Below, piece by piece: positions 36,861-50,198 of a stretch of 64,000 nt of DNA (its first letter is position 1; each line of letters opens with the position of its first letter). The position numbers were made by a program, and so were the translations under genes. The stretch is from an uncultured Actinomycetota bacterium. GTDB lineage: Bacteria > Actinomycetota > Actinomycetes > JAHEKZ01. Under the pieces are notes generated by a model. The model had not been told where the DNA came from, did no database searches, and was given only the letters and a program-made list of their open reading frames with translations. The stretch spans positions 640,001 to 704,000 of the forward strand of contig CAVURN010000001.1 of NCBI GenBank assembly GCA_963743915.1, given 5' to 3'.

Positions 36861-37384
36861 TGACACGTCACACGCTCTCCGTCCTGGTCGAGGACCAGCC
36901 CGGTGTCCTCGCTCGCATCGCGTCGCTCTTCTCGCGGCGGGGCTTCAACATCGAGTCGCTCGCGGTCGGCCCCACCGAGCACAGCGGAATGTCGCGCATG
37001 ACGATCGTGGTCAACGTCGACGACCTGCCGCTCGAGCAGGTGACCAAGCAGCTGAACAAGCTGGTGAACGTGCTGAAGATCGTCGAGCTCGATCCCTCGT
37101 CCGCCGTGCAGCGCGAGCTGCTGCTGGTCAAGGTCAGGGCGGACGCAGACACCCGCTCGCAGGTGCTCGAGACCGTCCAGCTCTTCCGCGCCAAGGTGGT
37201 CGACGTGGCTCCGGACGCCGTCGTCATCGAGGCCACCGGCAACGCCGACAAGCTGGAGGCGCTGCTTCGCGTGCTCGAGCCGTTCGGCGTCAAGGAGCTG
37301 GTGCAGTCGGGCATGGTCGCGGTCGGACGCGGGCCGCGCTCGATCACCGACCGCACGCTGCGTTCGGCCGAACGCAGCGCCTAG
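36860..37384 (+). CDS. ilvN: acetolactate synthase small subunit
   Basis: LSVLVEDQPGVL, RRGFNIESL, KQLNKL; TGATG overlap. Confidence 0.96.
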   Translation: MTRHTLSVLVEDQPGVLARIASLFSRRGFNIESLAVGPTEHSGMSRMTIVVNVDDLPLEQVTKQLNKLVNVLKIVELDPSSAVQRELLLVKVRADADTRSQVLETVQLFRAKVVDVAPDAVVIEATGNADKLEALLRVLEPFGVKELVQSGMVAVGRGPRSITDRTLRSAERSA

Positions 37385-37411
37385 AGGCCGGACCTGACCC
37401 CCAACCCCTGA

Positions 37412-38494
<1,083 letters not shown>

Positions 38495-38782
38495 CCCAAG
38501 GGTTGGTGCGTAGCCGGTGGAGGTCTGAGCGCGTCAGGCGCGGGCGTTGGATCGACGCTCACGCTTTCCGGTGTGCGGAGCGCGTGGAATCGTGAGTTTC
38601 GCTCCAATCGACGGTGCGGGGACGTGGGAACGCGCCGTGCAGGACGTCCACCGGGGACGCATGGGGGCGGGACTGGGGGCGCAGGGTCTGGGACAGCAGG
38701 GTCTGTGACCGTCGGTAGGGTAGGTGCGCCTTGCCTCGCGAGGCATCGACCCCCAGCAACCCACACTCTCGAAGGTCCCTTC

Positions 38783-40406
38783 GTGTCCTCATCTGCCAAG
38801 CCTGTCGTCCTGATCGCCGAAGAGCTCTCCCCGGCGACGCTCGACGCCCTCGGGCCGGACTTCGACATCCGCCACTGCGACGGAGGCGACCGCAGCGAGC
38901 TGCTGACGGCCATCGTGGACGCCGACGCGATCCTGGTCCGCAGCGCGACCCAGGTGGACGCCGAGGCGCTCGGGGTCGCCCGGCAGTCTGAAGGTGGTGG
39001 CGCGCGCGGGCGTGGGTCTGGACAACGTGGACGTCCCCGCCGCCACGCAGGCAGGGGTCATGGTCGTGAACGCGCCGACGTCGAACATCGTCAGTGCCGC
39101 CGAGCTGGCGGTCGCGCTGCTGCTCGCTGCCGCGCGGAACATCGCGCCGGCGAACGCCGCGTTGAAGAACGGCGAGTGGAAGCGGTCGCAGTACGCAGGG
39201 GTCGAGGTCTACGAGAAGACGGTGGGGGTCGTCGGCCTCGGCCGGATCGGGGTCCTGGCCGCGCAGCGTCTGATGGCCTTCGGCACCAGGATCGTCGCCT
39301 ACGACCCCTACGTGCAGCCGGCCCGCGCCGCACAGCTCGGTATCACGCTGGTCGACCTCGACACGTTGCTCGCCGAGAGCGACTTCATCACCATCCACCT
39401 GCCCAAGACGGCCGAGACGGTCGGGCTGATCGGCGAGGCCGAGCTCCGCAAGGTCAAGCCGAGCGTGGTCATCGTGAACGCGGCGCGCGGTGGCATCGTC
39501 GACGAGCAGGCTCTGGCCGACGCGGTGGCTGACGGTCGTGTCCACGCCGCCGGAGTCGACGTGTTCGCCCAGGAACCGTGCACCGACTCCCCGCTGTTCG
39601 CGCACGAGCGAGTCGTGGTCACCCCGCACCTCGGCGCGAGCACCGAGGAGGCGCAGGAGAAGGCGGGCATCGCGGTGGCCAGGTCGGTCCGGCTGGCGCT
39701 GGCCGGCGAGCTGGTCCCCGACGCGGTCAACGTCGAGGGCGGCGTCATCGCCGAGGACGTCCGTGCCTTCATCCCGCTCGCCGAGAAGCTGGGCCGGGTC
39801 TTCACCGGCCTGGCAGGGGGAGCGCCGGAGGCGCTCACCGTCGAGGTCCGTGGCGAGATCGCCGACCTTGACGTCAAGGTGATCGAGCTCGCTGCACTGA
39901 AGGGCGTGTTCGCCGGCGTCGTCGAGGAGCAGGTGTCCTACGTCAACGCTCCGGTCCTGGCGGCCGAGCGCGGTGTGGACGTGACGCTCGTGACCGACCC
40001 GCTGAGCCCCGACCATCGCAACCTCGTCACGGTGAGGGGCGCGCTCTCCGACGGTCGGCAGCTCACGGTCAGCGGAACGCTCACCGGTCCGAAGGACATC
40101 GAGAAGCTGGTCGAGATCGACGGCTACGACGTCGACCTGCAGCCGGCTGCGCACCTGGCGTTCTTCCGCTACCACGACCGCCCCGGCGTGGTCGGCGAGC
40201 TCGGACGCATCCTCGGCGAGCACGGCGTGAACATCGCGGGCATGCAGGTGAGCCGCGACCAGATCGGTGGTCATGCGCTCATCGCGATGACCGTCGACTC
40301 GCCGATCGCAGCGACCGCCCTCGCGGAGATCGTCGAGGCGATCGGTGCGCACGAGGGTCGGGCGCTCGACCTCGACCTGGACCAGCTGCCGGCCGGCGAC
40401 GCCTGA
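38783..40406 (+). CDS. serA: D-3-phosphoglycerate dehydrogenase, frameshift near 38985
   Basis: [26 protein letters not shown]-terminal ACT domain (DRPG..G). Confidence 0.94.
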
Positions 40407-40462
40407 TCTCGAAACGCGAGACAGCCTCACCAGCACCTGAGACAGAGCCGTACCCTGGACGC

Positions 40463-41512
40463 ATGTCACGCACTGTCCGCCTCGCCGTCATTCCCGGCGA
40501 CGGCATCGGCCCCGAGGTGGTGGCCGAGGGCCTGAAGGTCCTGGACGCCGTCGCCGCCGGCCATGACGTCACTTTCGCCCGCACCGAGTACGACCTCGGC
40601 GCGCAGCGCTGGCACCGCACCGGTGAGACGCTGCCGGACTCCGTGCTCGACGAGGTCCGGGCGCATGACGCGATCCTGCTGGGCGCGGTCGGCGACCCGA
40701 GCGTGCCGAGCGGCGTGCTGGAGCGAGGTCTGCTGCTGCGACTTCGGTTCGCGCTCGACCACCACGTGAACCTGCGGCCGGTGCGGCTCTACCCGGGTGT
40801 CAGCACACCGCTCGCGGGCAGGTCACCGGCCGACATCGACATGGTGGTCGTCCGGGAGGGCACCGAGGGCCCCTACGCGGGGTCGGGCGGCTTCCTGCGG
40901 CGGGGCACGCCGCACGAGGTCGCGACCGAGGAGTCCCTCAACACCGCCTATGGCGTCGAACGGGTCGTCCGGGACGCCTTTGCCCGCGCGATGAGGCGTC
41001 CGCGACGACAGGTGACCCTGGTCCACAAGAACAACGTGCTCACCCACGCGGGAGACCTGTGGACGCGCACCTTCGAGGCCGTGGCCGCGGAGTTCCCGGA
41101 GGTGGGCACCGAGTACCTGCACGTGGACGCGGCGTCGATGTTCTTCGTCACCGACCCCGCGCGGTTCGACGTGGTGGTCACCGACAACCTCTTCGGCGAC
41201 ATCATCACCGACATCGGAGCCGCGATCGCGGGTGGGATCGGCCGGGCGGCGTCCGGCAACCTCGACGTCAGCGGCGCCAACCCGAGCATGTTCGAGCCGG
41301 TGCACGGTTCGGCCCCGGACATCGCCGGCCAGCAGAAGGCCGACCCCACCGCCACCGTGCTCTCGGTCGCGATGCTCCTCGACCATCTCGGCCTCGACAA
41401 GGCGGCCGTCGCCGTCGAGCAGGCCGTCTCCGACGATCTCGCCGCGCGGGGGGACCGCGTACGCTCGACCGCACAGATCGGCGACGACCTCGCCGAAGCG
41501 GTCGCCTCGTAA
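40463..41512 (+). CDS. leuB: 3-isopropylmalate dehydrogenase
   Basis: [31 protein letters not shown]. Confidence 0.95.
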   Translation: MSRTVRLAVIPGDGIGPEVVAEGLKVLDAVAAGHDVTFARTEYDLGAQRWHRTGETLPDSVLDEVRAHDAILLGAVGDPSVPSGVLERGLLLRLRFALDHHVNLRPVRLYPGVSTPLAGRSPADIDMVVVREGTEGPYAGSGGFLRRGTPHEVATEESLNTAYGVERVVRDAFARAMRRPRRQVTLVHKNNVLTHAGDLWTRTFEAVAAEFPEVGTEYLHVDAASMFFVTDPARFDVVVTDNLFGDIITDIGAAIAGGIGRAASGNLDVSGANPSMFEPVHGSAPDIAGQQKADPTATVLSVAMLLDHLGLDKAAVAVEQAVSDDLAARGDRVRSTAQIGDDLAEAVAS

Positions 41513-41576
41513 GGACCTCCGACGACCCGCTCACGCAGACTGCGCCCACAGCAGCCGGAAAGGTACGTTGCGCCCC

Positions 41577-42680
41577 ATGTCATCGCTCTCGATCGCGCGC
41601 AAGCCGACCTCCCAGCCGCTGCCGGACGCGCAGCGTGAGGCCATCCTCGCCAGCCCGGGGTTCGGCCGGCACTTCACCGACCACATGGTGACCATCGAGT
41701 GGACCGAGGGCCGCGGGTGGCACGACGCGCAGCTGGTGCCCTACGGCCCGCTCGAGCTCGACCCGGCCACCATGGCCCTGCACTACGGGCAGGAGATCTT
41801 CGAGGGCCTGAAGGCGTACCGCAGGACCGACGGCTCGATCGCCACGTTCCGGCCCGAGATGAACGCGCGCAGGTTCCAGCGGTCGGCGCGCCGCCTCGCC
41901 ATGCCCGAGCTTCCCGAGGAGCTCTTCCTGGACGCGCTGGAGGCGCTCGTCGAGCAGGACCAGGCGTGGGTGCCCGACCACGGTGAGATGAGCCTCTACC
42001 TGCGGCCCTTCATGTTCTCGACCGAGGTCGGTCTCGGCGTGAAACCCGCCTCGTCGTACCTGTTCCTGCTGATCGCGTCTCCTGCCGGCGCCTACTTCCA
42101 CGGCGGCATCAAGCCGGTGTCGGTGTGGCTGTCGACCGAGTACGTGCGTGCTGCACCAGGAGGTACCGGTGAGGCCAAGTGCGCCGGCAACTACGCCGCC
42201 AGCCTGATCGCGCAGGCCCAGGCCGCCGCCGAGGGATGCGACCAGGTCGTCTGGCTCGACGCCGCCGAGCACCGGTGGGTCGAGGAGATGGGCGGCATGA
42301 ACCTCTACTTCGTGCACGGGTCGGGGGACGACGCCCGGCTGCTCACCCCCGAGCTCACCGGCGCCCTTCTTCCGGGGGTCACCCGGGACTCGATCCTGCA
42401 GGTGGCCGGCGACCTCGGGCTCGCCGCGTCCGAGGGTCGGATCAGCATCGACGAGTGGCGGGACGGCAACGCCGACGGATCGATCACCGAGGTGTTCGCC
42501 TGTGGCACGGCTGCGGTCATCACGCCCGTGGGCTCGGTCCGCTCGGCCGCGGGCGGCTGGACGGTCGGCAGCGGCGAGCCCGGCCCGGTCACGATGCGCC
42601 TCCGCGAGCACCTGCTCGACCTCCAGCACGGTCGCCGCGACGACCCGCACGGCTGGATGCACCCACTCGTGCCGGCCTGA
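41577..42680 (+). CDS. ilvE: branched-chain amino acid aminotransferase
   Basis: [41 protein letters not shown]. Confidence 0.95.
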   Translation: MSSLSIARKPTSQPLPDAQREAILASPGFGRHFTDHMVTIEWTEGRGWHDAQLVPYGPLELDPATMALHYGQEIFEGLKAYRRTDGSIATFRPEMNARRFQRSARRLAMPELPEELFLDALEALVEQDQAWVPDHGEMSLYLRPFMFSTEVGLGVKPASSYLFLLIASPAGAYFHGGIKPVSVWLSTEYVRAAPGGTGEAKCAGNYAASLIAQAQAAAEGCDQVVWLDAAEHRWVEEMGGMNLYFVHGSGDDARLLTPELTGALLPGVTRDSILQVAGDLGLAASEGRISIDEWRDGNADGSITEVFACGTAAVITPVGSVRSAAGGWTVGSGEPGPVTMRLREHLLDLQHGRRDDPHGWMHPLVPA

Positions 42681-42695
42681 GCCCGCGGAGGACCC

Positions 42696-44320
42696 GTGAC
42701 TCGCCCCGACGACGGCTTTCACGTCTACGACACGACGCTGCGCGACGGCGCCCAGCGTGAGGGCATCTCGTACTCGGTGGCCGACAAGCTCGCGGTCGCG
42801 CGGCTGCTCGACGAGCTCGGCGTCGGCTTCATCGAGGGCGGCTGGCCGGGAGCGATGCCGAAGGACACCGAGTTCTTCGCGCGCGCGACGAACGAGCTCG
42901 ACCTGCGCAGCGCCGATCTGGTGGCCTTCGGCGCGACCCGCCGGGCGGGCTCCGTGGCGGCGGACGACGCCCAGGTCCGCGCGCTTCTCGACGCGAGCAC
43001 ACCGGTCGTCACGCTGGTCGCCAAGTCCGACGTCCGCCACGTCACGGAGGCGTTGCGGACCACCCTCGACGAGAACCTCGCGATGGTGAGCGAGACGGTC
43101 GAGCTGCTCGTCGGCGAGGGGCGCCGGGTGTTCCTCGACCTCGAGCACTTCTTCGACGGCTACCGCAACGACCGCGACTACGGCCTGCGCGTGCTCGACG
43201 CCGCCCGGGACGCGGGAGCGGATGTCGCGGTGCTGTGCGACACCAACGGCGGCATGCTCCCGCTCGGTGTCCACCGCGTCGTCAGCGAGGTGCTGCGAGC
43301 GCTCCGGTGGTGGTATTCGGCTGGGCATCCACTGCCAGGACGACACCGCGTGCGCCGTGGCGAACACGCTGGCGGCCGTCGAGGCCGGTGCGACGCATGC
43401 GCAGTGCACCGCGAACGGCTACGGCGAACGGACGGGCAACGCCGACCTGTTCGCGGTCGTGGGCAACCTCGAGACCAAGCTCGGCATGAAGGTGCTGCCG
43501 CCAGGTCGCCTCACCGAGCTGGTGCGCGTCTCGCACGCCCTCGCCGAGATCGCCAACATCGCCCCCGACACCCACCAGGCCTACGTCGGGGTGTCGGCGT
43601 TCGCCCACAAGGCGGGACTGCACGCCAGCGCGATCAAGGTCTCTCCTGATCTCTACAACCACCTCGACCCCGCAGTGGTGGGCAACGACATGCGGGTGCT
43701 GGTCACCGAGATGGCCGGCCGGGCGTCGATCGAGCTGAAGGGCAAGGAGCTCGGCTACGACCTGGCCTCCGACCGCGAGACGCTGCGGCGAGGTCGTCGA
43801 CCGCGTCAAGGAGCTCGAGGCGAGCGGCTACTCCTTCGAGGCGGCCGACGCCTCCTTCGAGCTGCTGCTGAGGGAGGTCACCGAGGGGAGCCGCCACCGC
43901 TACTTCACCGTCGAGTCGTGGCGCACGATCGTCGAGCAGCGCGCCGAGGGGGAGATCGTCAGCGAGGCCACGGTCAAGGTGCACGCGAAGGGCCAGCGCA
44001 TCATCGCCACCGGTGAGGGGAACGGTCCGGTCAACGCCCTCGACAACGCCCTCCGCCAGGGCCTCGGCCAGATCTTCCCCGAGCTCGCGCCGCTCGAGCT
44101 CGTCGACTACAAGGTCCGCATCCTCGAGGGCAGTGAGGGGACCGGTGCCATCACCCGGGTGCTGGTCGAGTCGAGTGACGGAAACGGCACGTGGGACACC
44201 ATCGGTGTGCACGAGAACGTGATCGGTGCCTCGTGGATGGCGCTGGAGGACGCGATCACCTACGGCCTGCTGCGCGCCGGACGTGAGACCGACCCGTCGG
44301 CCGGTCGGGGCCGCGGGTAG
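42696..44320 (+). CDS. cimA: citramalate synthase, frameshifts near 43315 and 43790
   Basis: DTTLRDGAQREG, IEGGWP, EHFFDG, CDTNGG, FAHKAGLH, GPVNALD, DYKVRI. Confidence 0.9.
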
Positions 44321-44329
44321 CCTCCGGCT

Positions 44330-45115
44330 GTGCTCATCGCGCGATTCACGATCGCTGACCAGATCGCCTACGGTCGGGTCGACGGCGACCCGGACGATGC
44401 TGCGTCGCTCCGCGTGACGGCCATCGACGGTCACCCGTTCGCCCCGTTCGAGCCGACGAGTGCGGTGTTCCCGCTGTCCGACGTGCGGCTGCTGCCGCCG
44501 GTCCTGCCCAGCAAGGTGGTCGGCATCGGCAAGAACTACGCCGACCACGCGCGTGAGATGGGCGGGGAGCCACCGGCGACGCCGGTGATGTTCCTCAAGC
44601 CCTCCACCAGCGTCGTGGGTCCGGGCGAGACCGTGGTGCTCCCGCCGCAGTCGTCGCAGGTCGAGTTCGAGGGTGAGATCGCGGTCGTGATCGGACGCCT
44701 GTGCCGCGACGTCCCGACCGAGCGTGCCGCAGACGTGATCCTGGGCTACACGTGCGCGGACGACGTGACCGCCCGCGACCTGCAGCGCGCCGACGGCCAG
44801 TGGGCCCGGGCCAAGGGGTTCGACACGTTCTGCCCGCTCGGTCCGTGGATCGCGACCGATGTCGACACCGCAGCGCTGGCGGTACGCACGACCGTGAACG
44901 GTGAGGTCCGCCAGGCGGGCCTGGTCGGCGACCTGGTCCATCCGGTCGCGGAGCTGGTGGCCTTCGTCTCCTCCGCGATGACCCTGCTTCCCGGTGACGT
45001 GATCCTGACCGGCACCCCCGCCGGTGTCGGCCCGCTTGCCGACGGCGACGAGGTGACCGTGACCGTGACCGGGGTCGGCGACCTCGTCCACCGGGTCACC
45101 AGTTCGATCGACTAG
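44330..45115 (+). CDS. fumarylacetoacetate hydrolase family protein
   Basis: IGKNYADH, FLKP, EGEIAVVIG, KGFDTFCPLGP, TGTPAGVG. Confidence 0.92.
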   Translation: MLIARFTIADQIAYGRVDGDPDDAASLRVTAIDGHPFAPFEPTSAVFPLSDVRLLPPVLPSKVVGIGKNYADHAREMGGEPPATPVMFLKPSTSVVGPGETVVLPPQSSQVEFEGEIAVVIGRLCRDVPTERAADVILGYTCADDVTARDLQRADGQWARAKGFDTFCPLGPWIATDVDTAALAVRTTVNGEVRQAGLVGDLVHPVAELVAFVSSAMTLLPGDVILTGTPAGVGPLADGDEVTVTVTGVGDLVHRVTSSID

Positions 45116-45137
45116 CGCTGCCCACTAGCCTGCGGAC

Positions 45138-46619
45138 ATGACCGCCTCCTCGCCCGTCCGCGTCCGTTTCTGTCCCTCACCCACGGGCAACCCGCACGTG
45201 GGCATGGCGCGCACCGCACTCTTCAACTGGGCGTTCGCCCGCCATCACGGCGGCACGTTCGTGTTCCGCATCGAGGACACCGACTCTCAACGTGACACCG
45301 AGGAGTCGTACACGCAGCTCCTGGCATCTCTCCGTTGGCTCGGCCTCGACTGGGACGAGGGACCAGGGGTGGGCGGCCCGGTCGGCCCCTACCGGCAGTC
45401 CGAGCGCCTCGATCGCTACCGGGAGGTGGCCGAGCAGCTGCTCGCTGCAGGTGCCGTATACCACTGCTACTGCACGCCCGAGGAGCTCGAGCAGCGCCGG
45501 GAGCAGGCTCGCGCGGAAGGTCGTCCGCCCGGCTACGACGGGCACTGTCGCGAGCTGACCACCGACCAGGTCGCCCGGTTCGGCGACGAGGGCCGCCCGT
45601 CGGTCATCCGCTTCCGGATGCCTGAGACGGCGTTCACCTGGAACGACCTGGTGCGCGGTGAGGTGACGTTCCCCGCCGGCGAGATCGGCGACTACGTCAT
45701 GGTGCGCGCCAACGGCGAGCCGCTGTACACGCTGGTCAACCCGGTGGACGACGCGCTCATGCAGATCACCCACGTCCTCCGCGGCGAGGACCTGCTGTCG
45801 TCGACCCCTCGCCAGCTGGCGCTGTGGGCGGTCATGCGCGACCTCGGCATCGCCCAGGGACCGGCGCCCGAGTACGGGCACCTGCCGTACGTGATGGGAG
45901 AGGGCAACAAGAAGCTCTCCAAGCGCGACCCCGAGTCGAGCCTGCTGAAGTACGTCACCGAGGGGTACCTGCCGGAGGGAATGACCAACTACCTGGCGCT
46001 GCTCGGATGGTCCCTCGCGGAGGATCGTGACCGCTTCTCGCTGCAGGAGATGGCCGACGCCTTCGAGATCGAGCGGGTCAACGCGAACCCTGCACGCTTC
46101 GACCTGAAGAAGTGCACGGCTCTCAACGCCGACTGGATCCGCACCCTGGGTGCCGACGAGTTCGCGAGCCGGCTCATCGGCTACCTCAAGACCGAGCGGA
46201 CCGACGCCTTGGCTGACATCGACGAGCCGACGGTGCGCGGCTCCGCGCCGCTGGTGCAGGAGCGGTGCGAGACGCTCGGTCAGGCTGCGGACATGCTGAT
46301 GTTCCTGCTGGTGTCCGAGGACGCGTTCACCGTTGACCGTGACGATGCCGACAAGGTGCTCACCGACGAGGCGCGTCCGGTGCTGGGCGCCGCGGTGGAG
46401 TCCCTGCGGAACGTGTCGGAGTGGAACACCGTCAGCATCGAGAGTGCCCTGCGCGAGGGACTGGTGGACGGATTGGGGCTCAAGCCTCGGCTGGCGTTCG
46501 CGCCGGTGCGGGTCGCGGTGAGCGGGCGCCGGGTGTCGCCGCCGCTCTTCGAGTCACTGGAGATCCTGGGGCGGGACCGCACCCTGGCGCGACTGGAGGC
46601 GGCTCGGGCGCGCGGGTGA
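45138..46619 (+). CDS. gltX: glutamate--tRNA ligase
   Basis: [28 protein letters not shown]. Confidence 0.96.
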   Translation: MTASSPVRVRFCPSPTGNPHVGMARTALFNWAFARHHGGTFVFRIEDTDSQRDTEESYTQLLASLRWLGLDWDEGPGVGGPVGPYRQSERLDRYREVAEQLLAAGAVYHCYCTPEELEQRREQARAEGRPPGYDGHCRELTTDQVARFGDEGRPSVIRFRMPETAFTWNDLVRGEVTFPAGEIGDYVMVRANGEPLYTLVNPVDDALMQITHVLRGEDLLSSTPRQLALWAVMRDLGIAQGPAPEYGHLPYVMGEGNKKLSKRDPESSLLKYVTEGYLPEGMTNYLALLGWSLAEDRDRFSLQEMADAFEIERVNANPARFDLKKCTALNADWIRTLGADEFASRLIGYLKTERTDALADIDEPTVRGSAPLVQERCETLGQAADMLMFLLVSEDAFTVDRDDADKVLTDEARPVLGAAVESLRNVSEWNTVSIESALREGLVDGLGLKPRLAFAPVRVAVSGRRVSPPLFESLEILGRDRTLARLEAARARG

Positions 46620-46698
46620 CCACGCCACGCGACCGGGGATTTGGGGGCCCCTCACCGGTTGGGTATCCTCGACCACTGCCGGAACTTCCCGGCACCCA

Positions 46699-46770
46699 TG
46701 GGGTATGGGGTAATTGGCAGCCCGACGGATTCTGGCTCCGTTAGTCTAGGTTCGAGTCCTGGTACCCCAG
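46699..46770 (+). tRNA. tRNA-Gln (CTG)
   Basis: Acceptor TGGGGTA/TACCCCA, anticodon arm ACGGA-TT-CTG-GC-TCCGT, T-loop GTTCGAGTC. Confidence 0.95.
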
Positions 46771-46849
46771 CGCTGTGGAACAGTCTCCGCCCGGGTACTG
46801 TTTCCCGGCAATCAGCGTGCTTCCCTCGCGGGCGCGGCGCTGAGAGCGC

Positions 46850-46922
46850 GGCCCCGTTGTGTAGCGGCCTAGCACGCCGCCCTCTCAAGGCGGTAGCGCG
46901 GGTTCGAATCCCGTCGGGGCTA
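46850..46922 (+). tRNA. tRNA-Glu (CTC)
   Basis: Acceptor GGCCCCG/CGGGGCT, anticodon arm CCGCC-CT-CTC-AA-GGCGG, T-loop GTTCGAATC. Confidence 0.95.
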
Positions 46923-46929
46923 CGACTCG

Positions 46930-46962
46930 GCAAGGCCCAGGCCGTCATGGCCTGGGCCTTGC
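46930..46962. terminator. hairpin after tRNA-Glu, probably bidirectional terminator
   Basis: Perfect 14-bp stem GCAAGGCCCAGGCC-gtcat-GGCCTGGGCCTTGC. Confidence 0.75.
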
Positions 46963-46978
46963 TCGTTCAGCGGGCCCG

Positions 46979-47251
46979 TCAGCCCCGACGAGCCGCCAGC
47001 AACGTCACGCGCACCTCGGTCCGGTACTTCTTCGCCAGTCCCTCAGAGGACTCGCCGAGTCGATGGCCGTCGAGGACCGGTTCTCGCCCGAGGGCAGGAC
47101 GCGGCCGTCGTGGCTGGCGATGTCGAGCACCCGGGCGCCGCGGAGGACCTCACGGTTCTCGTGGACGATCGCGGTGCCGCAGATTCAGCCGCCGGACGAA
47201 GGCGGACGTGGCGCTGCTCTCGAGGAACTCGGGATGCTCGTCGAAGAACAT
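46979..47251 (-). pseudogene. remnant of class I SAM-dependent methyltransferase
   Basis: MFFDEHPEFLESSATSAFVRRLNLRH / IVHENREVLRGARVLDIASHDGR (motif I-like) then joins a short tail KYRTEVRVTLLAARRG* in another frame. Confidence 0.6.
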
Positions 47252-47310
47252 GTCGCCCACGGTTACACACGGCGTCGGGTGCTCTCGCGTGGCGGCAGCT
47301 CGCCTCGCGC

Positions 47311-48027
47311 TCAGCCGTTGGTGCGGAGCAGCTCGGTCAGCGCGTTGGCAGCGTGGACCACGGCAGGGGCGTGCATGCGTCCGGGCTGTCGGGTCAGGCG
47401 CTCCAGCGGGCCGGAGACAGAGACGGCCGCGATCACCTTGCCGCCCGGTCCTCGAACGGGCGCCGAGACGCTGGCAACCCCTGCCTCGCGCTCACCGACG
47501 CTCTGGGCCCACCCCCGACGCCGGACCGCGGCCAGCATCGTCGCGGTGAAGCGGGCCCCCTTGAGTCCGCGGTGCAGCCGGTCCGGCTCCTCCCACGCCA
47601 GCAGCACCTGGGCGGCGGATCCGGCCGCCATCGACAGCACGGTGCCCACCGGGACGGTGTCGCGAAGCCCGGAGAGCCGTTCGGCCGCGGCCACGCACAT
47701 CCGTTGCTCACCCTGACGCCGGTAGAGCTGCGTGCTCTCGCCGGTGCTGTCGCGCAGGTTGTTCAGGATGCCTCCTGCGGCGGCGAGCAGCCGGTCCTCG
47801 CCTGCCGCTGCGGCGAGCTCGCCGAGTCTGGCGCCGAGCACGAACCGTCCCTGCAGGTCCCGCGCCACCAACCGGTGGTGCTCGAGGGCGACCGCGAGGC
47901 GGTAGGCGGTGGGGCGGGCCAGCCCGGTCGCGGCCACCAGGCCGGCCAGGTTCTGGGGCCCGGCTTCCAGGGCGCCGAGCACGAGGGCGGCCTTGTCCAG
48001 GACGCCGACTCCGCTAGAGTTGTCCAT
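47311..48027 (-). CDS. ndgR: IclR family regulator (NdgR/LtbR-like)
   Basis: MDNSSGVGVLDKA, LARPTAYRLA, SVGEREAGVASVSAP; divergent from leuCD. Confidence 0.9.
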   Translation of the reverse strand: MDNSSGVGVLDKAALVLGALEAGPQNLAGLVAATGLARPTAYRLAVALEHHRLVARDLQGRFVLGARLGELAAAAGEDRLLAAAGGILNNLRDSTGESTQLYRRQGEQRMCVAAAERLSGLRDTVPVGTVLSMAAGSAAQVLLAWEEPDRLHRGLKGARFTATMLAAVRRRGWAQSVGEREAGVASVSAPVRGPGGKVIAAVSVSGPLERLTRQPGRMHAPAVVHAANALTELLRTNG

Positions 48028-48124
48028 ACCCCGATACTGCCGTTTCGCCATCTGAGACGCAAGGTCCCGACCGCAACTCTCACGAGGCTTTGGACGAACA
48101 CCTCTCGACCCTGGAGGAGAACCG

Positions 48125-49573
48125 ATGGCAGCCACCCGCGACGAACCCGTGACTCGGGTGCGCACGCTGGCCGAGAAGGTGTGGGACGCGCACGTCGTCC
48201 GCCGTGCCGAGGGTGAGCCCGACCTCCTCTTCATCGACCTGCACCTCGTCCACGAGGTCACGAGTCCCCAGGCGTTCGACGGACTGCGCGCCGCCGGACG
48301 CCCGGTGCACCGACCCGACCTGACCCTCGCGACCGAGGACCACAACGTGCCGACCCTGGACATCGATCGTCCGATCGCCGATCCGGTCTCTCGCGCGCAG
48401 GTCGAGGCGTTGCGCAAGAACTGCGCCGAGTTCGGTGTCCCGCTCTACCCGCTGGGCTCGCAGGAGCAAGGCATCGTCCACGTGGTGGGGCCCCAGCTGG
48501 GCCTCACCCAGCCTGGCCTGACGATCGTCTGCGGGGACAGCCACACCTCGACCCACGGCGCCTTCGGTGCCCTGGCCTTCGGCATCGGCACGAGCGAGGT
48601 CGAGCACGTGCTGGCCACGCAGACGCTCCCGCTCACGCCGTTCAAGACCATGGCGATCACGGTGGACGGCGAGCTGCCGTCGGACGTCACGGCCAAGGAC
48701 CTGATCCTCGCGATCATCGCCGAGATCGGCACAGGCGGCGGCCAGGGCTACGTCCTCGAGTACCGGGGGAGCGCCATCGAGAAGCTCTCGATGGAGGCTC
48801 GGATGACGATCTGCAACATGTCGATCGAGGCGGGAGCGCGCGCCGGGATGGTCGCTCCGGACGCCACGACCTTCGCCTATCTCGAGGGCCGGCCGCACGC
48901 CCCCTCGGGTGAGGACTGGGAGGCGGCCGTCCAGTGGTGGTCGAGCCTGGCCACGGACCCGGGGGCTTCGTTCGACCGTGAGGTCGTCATCGACGCCGGC
49001 AGCCTGCGCCCCTTCGTCACCTGGGGCACCAACCCGGGGCAGGGCGCACCGCTGTCCTCGTCGGTCCCCGACCCCGCGACCATCACCGACCCCGTGGCGC
49101 GTTCGGCCGCCGAGCGTGCGCTGGAGTACATGGACCTCGAGCCGGGGACCCCCCTCTCGGAGATCAGCGTGGACACGGTGTTCCTCGGCTCGTGCACGAA
49201 CGGCCGGATCGAGGACCTGCGCGCCGGTGCGGAGGTGCTCGCCGGTCGCCGGGTCGCCGAGGGGGTCCGCATGCTCGTGGTCCCCGGCTCGGTCCGGGTG
49301 CGCCTGCAGGCGGAGGCCGAGGGTCTCGACGAGGTGTTCCGGGCGGCGGGGGCTGAGTGGCGGCACGCCGGCTGCTCGATGTGCCTGGGCATGAACCCCG
49401 ACCAGCTGGCCCCGGGGGAGCGCAGCGCCTCGACCTCCAACCGCAACTTCGAGGGTCGTCAGGGCAAAGGCGGCCGGACGCATCTGGTGTCCCCCCAGGT
49501 CGCGGCTGCCACAGCGGTCACGGGGCATCTCTCGAGCCCTGCCGACCTGGTCGACGCCCGGCCCCTCGACTAG
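48125..49573 (+). CDS. leuC: 3-isopropylmalate dehydratase large subunit
   Basis: [45 protein letters not shown]. Confidence 0.96.
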   Translation: MAATRDEPVTRVRTLAEKVWDAHVVRRAEGEPDLLFIDLHLVHEVTSPQAFDGLRAAGRPVHRPDLTLATEDHNVPTLDIDRPIADPVSRAQVEALRKNCAEFGVPLYPLGSQEQGIVHVVGPQLGLTQPGLTIVCGDSHTSTHGAFGALAFGIGTSEVEHVLATQTLPLTPFKTMAITVDGELPSDVTAKDLILAIIAEIGTGGGQGYVLEYRGSAIEKLSMEARMTICNMSIEAGARAGMVAPDATTFAYLEGRPHAPSGEDWEAAVQWWSSLATDPGASFDREVVIDAGSLRPFVTWGTNPGQGAPLSSSVPDPATITDPVARSAAERALEYMDLEPGTPLSEISVDTVFLGSCTNGRIEDLRAGAEVLAGRRVAEGVRMLVVPGSVRVRLQAEAEGLDEVFRAAGAEWRHAGCSMCLGMNPDQLAPGERSASTSNRNFEGRQGKGGRTHLVSPQVAAATAVTGHLSSPADLVDARPLD

Positions 49574-49595
49574 CCCCCCAGAACGGAGCATCGTC

Positions 49596-50198
49596 ATGGA
49601 GAAGTTCGAGTCGCACACCGGACGCGTCCTGCCGTTGCGTCGGAGCAACGTCGACACCGACCAGATCATCCCGGCGGTCTACCTCAAGCGGATCACCCGT
49701 GACGGTTTCGAGGACGGGCTGTTCGCCGCCTGGCGCAAGGACCCGGAGTTCGTGCTCAACCAGCCTCAGTACTCCGGCGCGACGATCCTGGTGGCCGGTC
49801 CGGAGTTCGGGACGGGCTCCTCACGTGAGCATGCGGTGTGGGCGCTGCAGAACTACGGGTTCCGGGTGGTGATCTCGCCCCGCTTCGCCGACATCTTCCG
49901 CGGGAACAGCCTCAAGGGCGGACTGCTCACGGTGCAGCTCGACGAGTCGGTCGTCGAGCGCCTCTGGACGCTCGCCGAGTCCGACCCCGGTACCGAGGTC
50001 ACCGTCGATCTGCGGGCAAGGGAAGTGCGCTTCGCCGCTGAGGTCGTGCCGTTCGAGATTGACGAGTACGCACGCTGGCGCCTGCTGGAGGGCCTCGACG
50101 ACGTGGGGCTGACGTTGCGGCACACCGAGACGATCGCGAAGTACGAGGCAAGCCGCCCGAGCTGGATGCCCACCACCGCCTCCGGACGGTCGTCATGA
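49596..50198 (+). CDS. leuD: 3-isopropylmalate dehydratase small subunit
   Basis: [26 protein letters not shown]. Confidence 0.96.
   Translation: MEKFESHTGRVLPLRRSNVDTDQIIPAVYLKRITRDGFEDGLFAAWRKDPEFVLNQPQYSGATILVAGPEFGTGSSREHAVWALQNYGFRVVISPRFADIFRGNSLKGGLLTVQLDESVVERLWTLAESDPGTEVTVDLRAREVRFAAEVVPFEIDEYARWRLLEGLDDVGLTLRHTETIAKYEASRPSWMPTTASGRSS

Noticed and set aside
46699-47310. Intact integrative element or prophage at the tRNAs
   Set aside because: No integrase and no duplicated tRNA 3' end; only a short gene relic.
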